64,000 nt of DNA from Clostridia bacterium (GCA_017455565.1 JAFSZV010000075.1:6096-70095), one strand, 5' to 3'. Shown: positions 9,654 through 19,817, counted from the stretch's first letter. Translations and numbers: made by a program. The notes: generated from the sequence alone by a model not told the origin.

Positions 9654-11045
9654 ATGACAGAGAAAGAACAGTTTTCGGAGAAAATCCTCTCCCTTTTGCA
9701 GGAAAAAAAGTACAGTGCCCTGCAAAAATACATGGACACCCTGAACCCCGCGGACATCGCGGAGTGCATGGAGGACCTGCTGGACGACGGCGACATTCAG
9801 GAAGAAGAGCTGCCCCGCATCTTCCGCCTGCTACCCAAGGAGCTGGCCTCCGACACCTTTACCGAGATGGACCCTGAGTTTCAGGAGAAGCTCATCGACG
9901 CTTTTTCCGACAAGGAATTGGCCGAATTGATGGGCGACATGTTTCTGGACGACACGGTGGACGTCATCGAAGAGATGCCCGCCAACGTGGTCAAGCGCAT
10001 TTTGAAAAACGTGGACAGCGAGACCCGCAAGAGCATCAATCAGGTGCTCAACTATCCCGAGGACAGCGCCGGCAGCATCATGACCATCGAATATGTGGAT
10101 CTGCGCCCCGGCATGACGGTGCGGGAGGCCTTCGCCCGTATCCGGCAGACCGGCGTGGACAAGGAGACCATTTACATCTGCTATATTATCGGGCCTACCC
10201 GCAAGCTTCTGGGCCTGGTGTCGGTGCGCGAGCTACTGCTTGCCGCCGACGACACCGTTCTGCGGGACATCATGGAGACCAACATCATTTCGGTCACCAC
10301 GCTGGATGACCGGGAGGACGTGGCCAATCTCTTCGCCAAATACAGCTTCGGCGCCCTGCCCGTGGTGGACAAGGAAAACCGGCTGGTGGGCATCGTCACC
10401 GTGGACGACGCCATCGACGTTTTGCAGGAAGAGGCCACCGAGGACATTGAAAAGATGGCCGCTATCACGCCCTCGGAGCATCCATATCTCCGCGCCAAAA
10501 CGTGGGAGATCTGGAAGCAGCGCATCCCGTGGCTGCTGCTTTTGATGGTGTCGGCCACCTTTACCGGCATGATTATCACCGGCTTTGAAAATGCGCTGGC
10601 AGCGCAGGCCGCGCTGATGGCCTTCATCCCCATGCTGATGGACACCGGCGGCAATTCCGGCTCCCAGGCGTCGGTCACCGTCATCCGTAACCTGAGCCTG
10701 GGCGAGGTGGAGTTTGCCGACATCGGAAAGGTGCTGTGGAAAGAACTCCGCGTGTCGCTGCTGTGCGGAGCCACGCTGGCCGCCGTGTCCTTCGGCAAGA
10801 TCATGCTTATCGACGGACTTCTCATGAGAAACCCGGGCATCACCGTTACCGTGGCAGCAGTGGTTTGCCTGACCCTGCTGCTCACTGTGGTGGTGGCAAA
10901 GCTGGTGGGCTGCAGCCTGCCGCTGCTGGCCAAACGGGTGGGCTTTGATCCCGCCGTGATGGCTTCGCCCTTCATCACAACCATCGTGGACGCTCTGTCG
11001 CTGATTCTTTATTTTCGGATCGCAACGGACATCCTGCATCTGTAA
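9654..11045 (+). CDS. mgtE: Magnesium transporter MgtE
   Basis: MgtE N-domain, CBS pair, C-terminal 5-TM domain with PMLMDTGGNSGSQ motif. Confidence 0.95.
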   Translation: MTEKEQFSEKILSLLQEKKYSALQKYMDTLNPADIAECMEDLLDDGDIQEEELPRIFRLLPKELASDTFTEMDPEFQEKLIDAFSDKELAELMGDMFLDDTVDVIEEMPANVVKRILKNVDSETRKSINQVLNYPEDSAGSIMTIEYVDLRPGMTVREAFARIRQTGVDKETIYICYIIGPTRKLLGLVSVRELLLAADDTVLRDIMETNIISVTTLDDREDVANLFAKYSFGALPVVDKENRLVGIVTVDDAIDVLQEEATEDIEKMAAITPSEHPYLRAKTWEIWKQRIPWLLLLMVSATFTGMIITGFENALAAQAALMAFIPMLMDTGGNSGSQASVTVIRNLSLGEVEFADIGKVLWKELRVSLLCGATLAAVSFGKIMLIDGLLMRNPGITVTVAAVVCLTLLLTVVVAKLVGCSLPLLAKRVGFDPAVMASPFITTIVDALSLILYFRIATDILHL

Positions 11046-11069
11046 GCCGAATAAAAAAGGAGAACCGCC

Positions 11070-11462
11070 ATGCTTGAAATCGGAAACGCCAACACCGAGC
11101 TCCGCACCGTGCTGCCTCAGCATACTGCCGCCCACCTGAACAGCGGTACGCTGGAGGTGCTCGCCACCCCGATGATGATCGCCTGGATGGAGGAATGCTG
11201 CCTGCATTGTGTGCAGCCCTGCCTTGCCGAGGGACAGACCACCGTTGGAACGGCGGTCAGCGTCACCCACGAGGCCCCCACTCCTCTGAACGGTCAGGTA
11301 AAGATCGCCTGTGTTCTGCGAAGCGTCGACGGGCGGCGGCTGACCTTTGCGGTGGAGGCCAGCGACAGCAGCGGCATCATCGGCCGGGGCAGCCACGAGC
11401 GTTTTATCGTGGACGCCCGGCGGTTTCAGGAAAAATGCAACGCGAAGGCGGCGCAGCTCTGA
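11070..11462 (+). CDS. Hotdog-fold thioesterase family protein
   Basis: LEVLATPMMIAWMEE-type N-terminus typical of small FlK-like/YbgC-like thioesterases. Confidence 0.75.
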   Translation: MLEIGNANTELRTVLPQHTAAHLNSGTLEVLATPMMIAWMEECCLHCVQPCLAEGQTTVGTAVSVTHEAPTPLNGQVKIACVLRSVDGRRLTFAVEASDSSGIIGRGSHERFIVDARRFQEKCNAKAAQL

Positions 11463-11477
11463 AAAAAGGAGAGAATC

Positions 11478-12374
11478 ATGCTGTATATCGGCAAGGAACA
11501 TGTCACCGACAACCTCAGCCCGCATAATCCCCCCGCTGCCCGCTGCCGCAGCGGGGAAACCGCAGTTTTTCAGACCCGCGACTGCTATGACGACCGGCTT
11601 CACGCCGACGGGACGGTAGAGCATCCCGAGCTGGCGCTGGAGAATCCGGCCACCGGTCCGCTGTATGTGGAAGAGGCCGCGCCCGGCGATGTGCTCAAGG
11701 TCAAAATTGAGAAGATCGACGTGAACCCTACCGGCCTGATGCGGGCCAGCACCTCCGCCGGAGCCTTTTACGATCTGGTGGAATACCGAAAGGTGCGGCA
11801 GTTTGACCTCACCGGCGGTGAGGTGGCGTTTACCGACAAGCTCCGGTTTCCCATCGACACCATGATCGGCGTCATTGGCACCGCGCCCCGTACCGACACC
11901 GTGATGACCCACACGCCCGGTGCCCACGGCGGCAATATGGACTGCAACAAGATCGTAGCGGGCTCCACCCTCTATCTGCCCGTCAACGTGCCCGGCGCGC
12001 TGCTGTCCATGGGCGACCTGCACGCCCTGATGGGCGACGGCGAGGTGATGATCTGCGGACTGGAGACCGGCGGCGAGGTCACCGTCACCGTAGAGGTGAT
12101 AAAAGACTTCCCCATGCCCACTCCCGCGCTGGCCTGCCGAGGCAGATTTTATTCCATTCAAAGCGCCAACACGCTGGAGCAGGCCTCCAGCCGCGCCTCC
12201 CGGGTCATGCTGCAATTTTTGCGGCAGGTGACCCCCATGGATGTTTACGACTGCGCCATGCTCCTGAGTCTCAAGGGCGACCTGAGCGTCTGTCAGATCG
12301 TGGACCCGCAGCTCACCGTCCGCATGGGCATCGAGCAGAGCATTTTGGATGCTTACGGCGTAACGCTTCCGTAA
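11478..12374 (+). CDS. Acetamidase/formamidase family protein
   Basis: FmdA/AmdA-like sequence (NPATGPLYVEEAAPGD, GGNMDCN, GDLHALMGDGE). Confidence 0.85.
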   Translation: MLYIGKEHVTDNLSPHNPPAARCRSGETAVFQTRDCYDDRLHADGTVEHPELALENPATGPLYVEEAAPGDVLKVKIEKIDVNPTGLMRASTSAGAFYDLVEYRKVRQFDLTGGEVAFTDKLRFPIDTMIGVIGTAPRTDTVMTHTPGAHGGNMDCNKIVAGSTLYLPVNVPGALLSMGDLHALMGDGEVMICGLETGGEVTVTVEVIKDFPMPTPALACRGRFYSIQSANTLEQASSRASRVMLQFLRQVTPMDVYDCAMLLSLKGDLSVCQIVDPQLTVRMGIEQSILDAYGVTLP

Positions 12375-12385
12375 AACAGAAAACA

Positions 12386-12420
12386 AAACGCGGCGTGATC
12401 GAAATCACGCCGCGTTTTTC
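12386..12420 (+). terminator. Rho-independent terminator
   Basis: 12-bp stem ACGCGGCGTGAT / ATCACGCCGCGT, CGAA loop, TTTT tail. Confidence 0.88.
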
Positions 12421-12513
12421 TCTGCCGCGGGGAGAAACGGACAAATTCTACCGCCGTTCGGTTGCGCTCCGGGAAAAAATCTGATACCATCAGGGCGAAA
12501 GGAAGGTGCGCGT

Positions 12514-13290
12514 ATGCATACCATCGACAAACAGGCCTTCGGGGCCTTTGTGGCGAGCCGCCGCAAGGAGCTGGGCTATACGCAAAAGGAACTGGCGCAA
12601 AAACTGTTTTTATCGGATAAGGCTGTCAGCAAATGGGAGACCGGAGCCAGCATCCCCGATACCGCCATGCTCATTCCGTTGGCCGGGCTGCTGGGAGTTT
12701 CGGTGACCGAGCTGCTCTTGTGCCGGCGGATGGAGCCGGGAGTTCCCGTGGAAACGGGGCAGGTGGAAACCCTGCTGAAAACGGCCATCGGCTATTCCGA
12801 CGAAGAAACCGCCGCCCGGCGGGCCGGACGGCGGAAGTGGGGACTGATTTATGGCGCGGCCCTTTTGCTGGGCGCGGGGGGATGGGCGAGCCTGCTTTTG
12901 TGCCGGCCGGATTTTCCCCGGGCGTTTGAAGCGCTTTTTGCCATGCTGCTGACCGGTTCGATCCTGGGCGCGGTGTTTGGCGCCTATTTCTGCGTGTTTG
13001 CCAAGACCCGTCTGCCCGCCTTTTACGACGAAAACAAGCTGGGCTTTTACAGCGACGGGATCTTCCGCCTCAACCTGCCCGGCGTGCGCTTCAACAACAG
13101 CAACTGGCCCCATGTTTTAACGGCGGGCCGCGTTTGGAGCGCCGCCGCGATAGCGATTCTGCCGCTGTCGGGACATCTGGCGGGCGCGTTGCCGCAGCTT
13201 TCGGAAAAGAACGTGACGGCAGCGGCGGGCGTCTTGTTCGTCGTAGGGCTGTTCCTTCCTCTGTGGGCGGTGGCAAAAAAGCATCAGTAA
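12514..13290 (+). CDS. XRE-family HTH regulator with C-terminal transmembrane region
   Basis: HTH_3 N-terminus (LGYTQKELAQKL..S.KAVSKWETG) followed by about 4 hydrophobic helices. Confidence 0.85.
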   Translation: MHTIDKQAFGAFVASRRKELGYTQKELAQKLFLSDKAVSKWETGASIPDTAMLIPLAGLLGVSVTELLLCRRMEPGVPVETGQVETLLKTAIGYSDEETAARRAGRRKWGLIYGAALLLGAGGWASLLLCRPDFPRAFEALFAMLLTGSILGAVFGAYFCVFAKTRLPAFYDENKLGFYSDGIFRLNLPGVRFNNSNWPHVLTAGRVWSAAAIAILPLSGHLAGALPQLSEKNVTAAAGVLFVVGLFLPLWAVAKKHQ

Positions 13291-13982
13291 CCCAGCAGGG
13301 CCAGCCGGATGAAATAAAGCGCCAGCAGGTGGGCGGGATAGAAAATGTAAAAGAACCACTTGTGGAAGGCGGCCTTGCTGCCGCTCTCGCCGTTGTAGCA
13401 GAAGTGCACCAGCAGGGGCACCAGGAAAATGCCAAGCTGGAAGAGCGATCCCCACCACGGCGTGCCCAGCATGAAGAAAAGGATGAGCAAGCCGACCAGG
13501 CAAAAGGCCGTCCACTTTTTCTTTTCGCTGTCCCGCCAGAGGAAAAAGAACAGCGGCCACAGCACGTCGAAAACGGGCCAGTCGCCCCAGTCGGACAGGA
13601 CGCACAGGGCGATGACGGCGACCACCTTGAGCCAGACGGGGAGCTTTGCCTTGTCCCACAGCCAGATGGCCAAAAGGCCCAAAAAGAGGGTGTAGATCAC
13701 GCCAAAACAGGGATAAAAAGGCCGCCCCGTTTCAAACAGGCTGAAAGGCACCCAGGAGATCAGGGCAAAGACCCCCATCCGCAGGACGTATTTTTTCACG
13801 TTCCGGGTGTGGGCGTAGCCCTCTGCCAGGAAAAAGGCCATCAGCGGGCCGGTGAGCCGGCCGAACAGGTGCATGAGCTGCCCCAAAAGCGAGGCCGTGG
13901 GGACGAAGGCCCACGCCACATGGTCCACCACCATGGCCACGATGGCGAGATATTTCAGCTGGTTGCGGTTCAAACGCTTCAT
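13284..13982 (-). CDS. TraX family membrane protein
   Basis: N-terminus LKYLAIVAMVVDHVAW typical of TraX; polytopic membrane protein. Confidence 0.85.
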   Translation of the reverse strand: MKRLNRNQLKYLAIVAMVVDHVAWAFVPTASLLGQLMHLFGRLTGPLMAFFLAEGYAHTRNVKKYVLRMGVFALISWVPFSLFETGRPFYPCFGVIYTLFLGLLAIWLWDKAKLPVWLKVVAVIALCVLSDWGDWPVFDVLWPLFFFLWRDSEKKKWTAFCLVGLLILFFMLGTPWWGSLFQLGIFLVPLLVHFCYNGESGSKAAFHKWFFYIFYPAHLLALYFIRLALLGY

Positions 13983-14043
13983 AAGCGATCCACTCCTTTT
14001 ACAAAACTATTCCAAGTATAACAACAATCTAAAAATTTCGCAA

Positions 14044-14075
14044 TCAAAAAAAGCCCGCCTTTCGGCGGGCTTTTC
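14044..14075 (-). terminator. Rho-independent (bidirectional) terminator ending the thrS-side transcript
   Basis: AAGCCCGCC / GGCGGGCTT stem flanked by an A-run and a T-run. Confidence 0.8.
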
Positions 14076-14151
14076 CCTTTTGCGGCGGGGGCGGAACGGC
14101 TTCCGGGAACGCGCCGGAAGGCATCGCCGGCCATGGGAAAGAAAGACGGCG

Positions 14152-14979
14152 TTACGCTTTCTTTTTCAGGATCCAGATGAGGTTGCCGCTGTATTTGCCG
14201 GCGGAGGCGGGGTCGGACAGGTCCTCCTTGTCGCCCAGATAGCCGCGGTAGATATCCAAAACTTCAAAGCCGCAGAGCTCCGCCAACAGGAAGACCTCGG
14301 AGCGGTAGGTCTGGCGCATGAGCAGCGGCCTGACCCGCTCGCCGATCACCCGGCCCTCGTCGTCCAGGGTTTCGAACTTCCAGTTGCCTTGCATGAGCTG
14401 CGTATAGGGATCGTAGTGCAGGGCATTGTAAATATTTTCCCTGCGTCCCTCGCTGTTGACGTACGTAAGCCGGAACGCGTAGTCGTCCGGCGTTGTCGCC
14501 ATCATCTCCGCCTGGAGCGTGGGGTCCGGATCGAAGGTGTTGAAGGTCAGGATGCCGCCGGGCAAGAGCTGCTCGCGGATGTTTTTCAGCGCGTCCCGCT
14601 GCCGCCGGGAATCCGGCAGGTGCATAAAGCCGCTTCGGGCAATGATCGCCAGCGAATATTTTCGCCCCGTGGAAAAGGTCGTCATGTTCGCCGGGACGAT
14701 GTTCAGCTGCAAGCCGCGGGCTCCAGCCTTTTCCCGTGCCACGCGGCACATCTCTTCGGACAGGTCGGTCCCGTTCACGTCGATCCCGTGCTCGGCCAGA
14801 TAGAGCAGCACGGCCCCCGTGCCGCAGGCGATATCCACCACGCCGCCCGCGCCGTATTGCCGGGCCAGCGCAAGATAGAAGTCCTGAAAGCCCTCGTGGT
14901 TGTCATGTCCCCCGTACATGACGGAGAGGTAGCGGTCGTAATTTTCCGCCACGTCCTTAAAATCATGCAGGTCTGGCAT
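14152..14979 (-). CDS. Class I SAM-dependent methyltransferase
   Basis: Motif I VVDIACGTG; typical length; GGAGG RBS. Confidence 0.88.
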   Translation of the reverse strand: MPDLHDFKDVAENYDRYLSVMYGGHDNHEGFQDFYLALARQYGAGGVVDIACGTGAVLLYLAEHGIDVNGTDLSEEMCRVAREKAGARGLQLNIVPANMTTFSTGRKYSLAIIARSGFMHLPDSRRQRDALKNIREQLLPGGILTFNTFDPDPTLQAEMMATTPDDYAFRLTYVNSEGRRENIYNALHYDPYTQLMQGNWKFETLDDEGRVIGERVRPLLMRQTYRSEVFLLAELCGFEVLDIYRGYLGDKEDLSDPASAGKYSGNLIWILKKKA

Positions 14980-15094
14980 ATTTCCTCCTTTTTAATCGTG
15001 CTTTTTCAGCAGCCGGATCCATTTTCTCGCCACGGATGAGTGACAGACGATCATATCGCCGCGGTTCCGTCGATGATCTGAAACGTGTATGGCT

Positions 15095-15963
15095 TTACCA
15101 GGCTCTTTCGGCCCAGTCAAGCAATTCCTTCCTTAATGCGATTCGATCCGTTTCATATTCCCTGGGGTGCTGCCGCTCAGTCTTGAACGCCATTTTATAA
15201 ATCCAGGGAAGCTTTGTCAGCATGGCGTGGCTCATGTGTTCGAAGGCGACGTGCCTGTGCGGATACGGGAAGCCGGACTCCGTCAGTTTTTTCTCCATCA
15301 GGGCCGCACTTTCAAAGGACGGCCACACCTCGTCGTGCCTGGAGGACAGAAGCAGGATCGGCGCTTTGATCTTTTCGATCGGGATGACGGTTTCGGCGTC
15401 ACGTCCTTATCCCGGTTAAAAGAGAGGATGTGAAGCTCCTTCTCCTTCAGGAGTACCTTCAGAAGGTTGAACGATCTGCTGCGATAAGGCGCAAAGGGCA
15501 GCTCCTTGCCCCGATAACTCCAGCAGGAGGCGCCGGACGGGCCCTTGCGCTTTCCGCTGCCGGATAAGCCCTCGCTGACAAAGTGTGACGGGACGCGCGC
15601 GATCACGCAGGAAAGTTCCGGGAACATGGACGCGGCGACGAGCGCCATCTCGCTGCCTTTTGACATGCCGTCGACGCCAATCCGCGCATAACCCTGTTTT
15701 TTCAGCCAGAAAACGGCATTCTCGACATACTCTGCCGGCACACGGGACAGAGCCTTCGGCGTCTGACGTGTCTTGAACAGGGCAAGAGCCAATGCAGGAA
15801 AGCCGTTCTCATGATAAAACCGTGCTGCCTGACAGGTCAGCTTCATGCCGCAGTTGGAGCCGGACATGACGATCAGAACCTTGTCCTTTCGCCCGCTTTC
15901 GGGATAAAGAACCCCTTCGAATCCATCTGCCCGCACATTCGCTTTTTTCATTCGCACATCCAT
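15095..15963 (-). pseudogene. BAAT/acyl-CoA thioester hydrolase-type alpha/beta hydrolase, frameshifted
   Basis: ORFs 15298-15963 and 15095-15328 are two halves of one protein (GMSKG nucleophile elbow; ...AETVIPIEKIKAPILLLSSRHDEVWPS continues in another frame); frame break near 15395-15408. Confidence 0.75.
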
Positions 15964-16004
15964 TTTTCGACCTATGACAAAGCCCTTCTGCTGTCTTCTC
16001 TTTT

Positions 16005-17945
16005 TCAGTCGTGCTTTTTCGTGCGGATCTCCCGGAAAAGCAGATCCTCAAAGGCCGCGAGGGGCATGGAGCCCAGATCCACCCCCGCGCGGGAGCGGAC
16101 GGCCACCTGGCCGGATTCGGCCTCCTTGTCGCCCAGCACCAGCATATAGGGGATCTTTTCCAACTGGGCGTCGCGGATCTTTTTGCCGATCTTTTCGCTG
16201 CGCTCGTCCAGCGTCACGCGGACGCCGGCGGCTTCCAGCGTGGCAAGGATCTCGCGGGCGTAGTCCATGGTGCGGTCGGTAATGGGGAGGATGCGCACCT
16301 GCTCGGGGGCCATCCAGACGGGCAGCGCTCCGGCGTAGGTTTCCAGCAGATAGGCCAGAGTCCGCTCGTAGCAGCCCAGACTGGTGCGATGGATGATATA
16401 GGGCAGAACCTTCTGGCCGTTTTCGTCGGTGTAGTACATCCCGTAGCGCTGGGCCAGCAGCATATCGATCTGGATGGTGACCAGCGTGTCTTCTTTGCCA
16501 AAGACGTTCTTGTACTGGATGTCCAGCTTGGGGCCGTAGAAGGCCGCCTCGTCGATGCCGATCTCGTATTTCACGCCCAGATCGTCCAAAATCTGGCCCA
16601 TGACGCGCTGCGCCTCTTCCCACTGCTCCCGGGTACCCTCATACTTGTTGTTGGGGTTGGCAGGATCCCACTGAGAGAAGCGGAAGGTGCATTTGTCCAA
16701 AAGGCCAACGGTGTCCAGACAGTATTTCGCCAGATCGAGGCAGCCCTTGAACTCCTCTTCCAGCTGGTCGGGACGGAGGATCAGATGGCCCTCGGAGATG
16801 GTGAACTGCCGCACGCGGATCAGGCCGTGCATCTCGCCGCTGTCCTCATTGCGGAAGAGGGTGGAGGTCTCGCCCAGACGCATGGGCAGGTCGCGGTACG
16901 AGCGGCCCCGGTTCAAAAACACCTGATACTGGAAGGGGCAGGTCATGGGACGCAGGGCGAAGCATTCGTGCTCTTCGTCGCTGGGGTCGCCCAGGATGAA
17001 CATGCCGTCCCGGTAGTGATCCCAGTGGCCCGAGATCTTATAGAGCTCCCGCTTGGCAAAATACGGCGTCTTGGTCAAGACATAGCCCCGCCGGGCTTCT
17101 TCGTCCTCCACCCAGCGCTGCAAAATTTGGATGACCTTGGCGCCCTTGGGCAGCAGGATGGGCAGACCCTGCCCGATATAGTCCACGGTGGTGAAGTATT
17201 CCAGTTCGCGGCCCAGCTTGTTGTGGTCGCGCTTTCTGGCCTCCTCCTGCTCCTGCAGATAGGCTTCCAGATCCTCTTTTTTGGCAAAGGCGGTGGCGTA
17301 GATGCGCTGGAGCATCTTGCGGTTGGAGTCGCCCCGCCAATAGGCGCCGGTGCAGCTTGTGATTTTAAAAGCCTTGACGCCCGAGGTAGAGGGCAGGTGA
17401 GGCCCGGCGCACAGATCGGTGAAATCGCCCTGTTTGTAGAAGGAGATGACGGCGTCCTCCGGCAGATCCTCGATCAGCTCCACCTTGTAGGGCTCGTCCT
17501 GCTCCCGCATAAAGGCGATGGCCTCTTCCCGGGGGAGCTCGAAACGCTCCAGTCGCAGGCCCTCCTTGACGATCTTCTTCATTTCGGCCTCGATCTTGTC
17601 CAGATCCTCCTGCAGGAAGGGCTTTTCCCGGTCGAAATCGTAGTAAAAGCCGTTTTCGATGGCGGGGCCGATGGCCAGCTTGGTTTCGGGATACAGACGC
17701 TTGACCGCCTGAGCCAGCACGTGGGAGGCGGTGTGCCGCATGGTCCAGCGGCCGTCGGGGTCGTCCCAGGTCAAAATTTCCACCCGGTCCCCGTCCTGCA
17801 AAACGGTGGGCAGGCTCATGCGCTCGCCGTTGATGCGGGCGCACAGGGCGGCCTTGTAAAGCTCGGGAGAATGGGCCTTGGCGGCCTCCAGCGCGCGGGA
17901 GCCCGCTTCCAGCTCCACGGCCTTGCCGTTGACGATGATGTTCAT
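16005..17945 (-). CDS. thrS: Threonine--tRNA ligase
   Basis: TGS domain, second additional domain, class II core and anticodon-binding domain; ATG 17945 (MNIIVNGK); upstream part of the track ORF is the T-box leader. Confidence 0.97.
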   Translation of the reverse strand: MNIIVNGKAVELEAGSRALEAAKAHSPELYKAALCARINGERMSLPTVLQDGDRVEILTWDDPDGRWTMRHTASHVLAQAVKRLYPETKLAIGPAIENGFYYDFDREKPFLQEDLDKIEAEMKKIVKEGLRLERFELPREEAIAFMREQDEPYKVELIEDLPEDAVISFYKQGDFTDLCAGPHLPSTSGVKAFKITSCTGAYWRGDSNRKMLQRIYATAFAKKEDLEAYLQEQEEARKRDHNKLGRELEYFTTVDYIGQGLPILLPKGAKVIQILQRWVEDEEARRGYVLTKTPYFAKRELYKISGHWDHYRDGMFILGDPSDEEHECFALRPMTCPFQYQVFLNRGRSYRDLPMRLGETSTLFRNEDSGEMHGLIRVRQFTISEGHLILRPDQLEEEFKGCLDLAKYCLDTVGLLDKCTFRFSQWDPANPNNKYEGTREQWEEAQRVMGQILDDLGVKYEIGIDEAAFYGPKLDIQYKNVFGKEDTLVTIQIDMLLAQRYGMYYTDENGQKVLPYIIHRTSLGCYERTLAYLLETYAGALPVWMAPEQVRILPITDRTMDYAREILATLEAAGVRVTLDERSEKIGKKIRDAQLEKIPYMLVLGDKEAESGQVAVRSRAGVDLGSMPLAAFEDLLFREIRTKKHD

Positions 17946-18255
17946 GATGCGTTCCTCTTTTCTTTCAGATTTGCCCTGTTTCGCCCTTCGGGAACGAAAA
18001 ACGCCTCCGCACCCGATGGGTGCAGAGGCGGACAAGGCATCCGTGGTTCCACTCTGCTTGCAGGCCGCAGCCTGCCGCTCGTGCGCCTTAACGCGGCTCA
18101 CGTCGCCCTCTCACGCAGGATGCTTCGAAGGCGCTCCTCCCGGGTGGTGGAGCCTGCGGCAAGGTCGCGGAGGGGACTTTCAGCCGACGATCCCCGTTCT
18201 CTTTCGCGCCGGGCGCCGCCGCCCGTCCCGTTCACAGGATTTGGATATCCGATTA
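17946..18255 (-). promoter_or_regulatory. T-box leader (Thr) with terminator/antiterminator
   Basis: Minus strand carries the T-box sequence AGAGTGGAACCACGG (18051-18065), terminator CGCCTCTGCACCC-ATC-GGGTGCGGAGGCG+TTTTT (18007-18040), and ACC ACC triplets in the presumed specifier region (18144-18150). Confidence 0.85.
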
Positions 18256-18261
18256 CAAATT

Positions 18262-18290
18262 AGTATATGCACATTCTCTGAAAATGTCAA
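18262..18290 (-). promoter_or_regulatory. Sigma-A-type promoter of thrS
   Basis: Minus strand TTGACA (18285-18290), 17 nt spacer, TATACT (18262-18267). Confidence 0.6.
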
Positions 18291-18329
18291 GCGGTATTTT
18301 TTGTCTGAGGAGTGTGCGGACAGAGACGC

Positions 18330-19652
18330 TTATTTCGGTCTTGCAGGGTCGAGCACCTGGGCGGGATCAAAGAAGAAGCGGGTTACACGCTCGGGATAAC
18401 GCTTCATGGTCAGGCCGTCCAGATTGATGCGGCCCTGAATGAAGAAGTCGTTTTTGCAATAGGAGGGCATATGGGAATCCACCGGACAATAGATCCAGAA
18501 GCCGTGATCCACCAGATAGCGGAAGCGGGCGTCGTCGGCGTCGAAGGAAACGCCGAAGGGCGAGATAAAGATGGGCGTGTCGCCCACATAGGGCGCGATC
18601 TCGCCCAGCCAGCGGCCGATGTCGTATTTCTCCTCCTCCATGGTGATGGTTTTTTTGTTCCAATACTGGTTGTGGGTGTAGCTGTGGCAGGCGATCTGCC
18701 AGCCCGAGGCCCGCAAAGCCTTTGCCACCGCTTCGGTCTTTTCCAGCATCCATTTCTGGGTCTGCTCGTCATAGTCGGGCAGGTCGGTGATCCGGTAGCC
18801 GAAAGCGCCGGCATAGCCGGTGATGGCCACGACGCCCTTGGCGCCCCGCCAGGAAAACTCGGGATGCTCTTTCACATAGGCGTCCAGGATGGGCATCACG
18901 TCGCCGTCGCAGGTCGCCTCGCCGTTGACGATGGTGACCACGTTGCCCTGATCGTCCACGTCCAGCCGCTCGGCAAAGCCGTCGCCCTTCATATATTCAT
19001 AATAATTCACGTCGTCGATGGAGATGACCAGCGGCTTTTTGCCCTCGGGCAGCCAGACCTCCTTCATCTGGGCCTTGCCGTCCACCCGTTCGGTCAGTTC
19101 GGTGATGTCATAGAGGATATAGCCCTCTTCCTGCAGCAGAGGAAGCATGGCCTTGAATTCGGTTACCGTGGTCATATACTGGTCATAGCCCGCCTCCTTG
19201 TAGTCGCCGTCGAAGGCCAGCGCAGGATCGACGATCAGGCTGTGGAAAAAGATGTGATAATACTGGGCGTCCTCGTATTTCACCAGAGCGTCCCTGGACT
19301 GGCGCACGTCCTGCAAAAGCGCGCCCACATCGGTGTTCTTCAGCTCGCCGGCGCTCTCCAGCAGCGCGATGGCCTCGTCGTAAAAGTATCCTTTGTACAG
19401 GGTCTTCGCTTCCTCCAGCAGCGCGGCGCGGCGGGCTGCCGCGTCGTCGGTCTCGGCGGGGGGCTGCGAGGGGTCGATGGGGGCGGGATCCGACAAGGCG
19501 GGATCTGTGGGATCCACCGCGGGGCGGTTGTGATGCGCGTGGATCAGTGCCGTTCCGGCAAAGATCACCGCGATCAGCGCCACGGCGCACATCGCCAGGA
19601 TCGCTGCCGGGGGGAGCCCCTTCCGACGCATGACGTATCTGCCCTTTGCCAT
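18330..19652 (-). CDS. Polysaccharide deacetylase family protein, membrane anchored
   Basis: N-terminal TM helix; NodB-type motifs ISIDDV and HSYTH; AAGGAGG RBS. Confidence 0.85.
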   Translation of the reverse strand: MAKGRYVMRRKGLPPAAILAMCAVALIAVIFAGTALIHAHHNRPAVDPTDPALSDPAPIDPSQPPAETDDAAARRAALLEEAKTLYKGYFYDEAIALLESAGELKNTDVGALLQDVRQSRDALVKYEDAQYYHIFFHSLIVDPALAFDGDYKEAGYDQYMTTVTEFKAMLPLLQEEGYILYDITELTERVDGKAQMKEVWLPEGKKPLVISIDDVNYYEYMKGDGFAERLDVDDQGNVVTIVNGEATCDGDVMPILDAYVKEHPEFSWRGAKGVVAITGYAGAFGYRITDLPDYDEQTQKWMLEKTEAVAKALRASGWQIACHSYTHNQYWNKKTITMEEEKYDIGRWLGEIAPYVGDTPIFISPFGVSFDADDARFRYLVDHGFWIYCPVDSHMPSYCKNDFFIQGRINLDGLTMKRYPERVTRFFFDPAQVLDPARPK

Positions 19653-19788
19653 AAAAAGAGCCTCCTTTTCCGAACTTTGAAAAGCCGATATTATCTTAGT
19701 GTGATTCTAACATAAATATACACATTTTAATAGAGGATTAAGAAAATTTCAGAAAACCGTCGAAACCCGCCGCGAAAGCGGCGGCCGC

Positions 19789-19817
19789 TTGACGAATAAA
19801 AGGGGAACGGCTATAAT
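19789..19817 (+). promoter_or_regulatory. Sigma-A-type promoter
   Basis: TTGACG (19789-19794), 17 nt spacer, TATAAT (19812-19817). Confidence 0.65.

Noticed and set aside
10233-12386. 717-aa minus-strand ORF, with similar long ORFs at 5234-7129(-), 16011-18263(+), 18312-19715(+), 19738-21417(-), 31697-33952(+), 48696-50825(+), 37688-39971(-) and 61929-63323(+)
   Set aside because: All are antisense to genes with clear family motifs. They are Arg/Gly/Ala/Pro-rich low-complexity translations with no RBS and no family resemblance, so I treat them as GC-driven artefacts.
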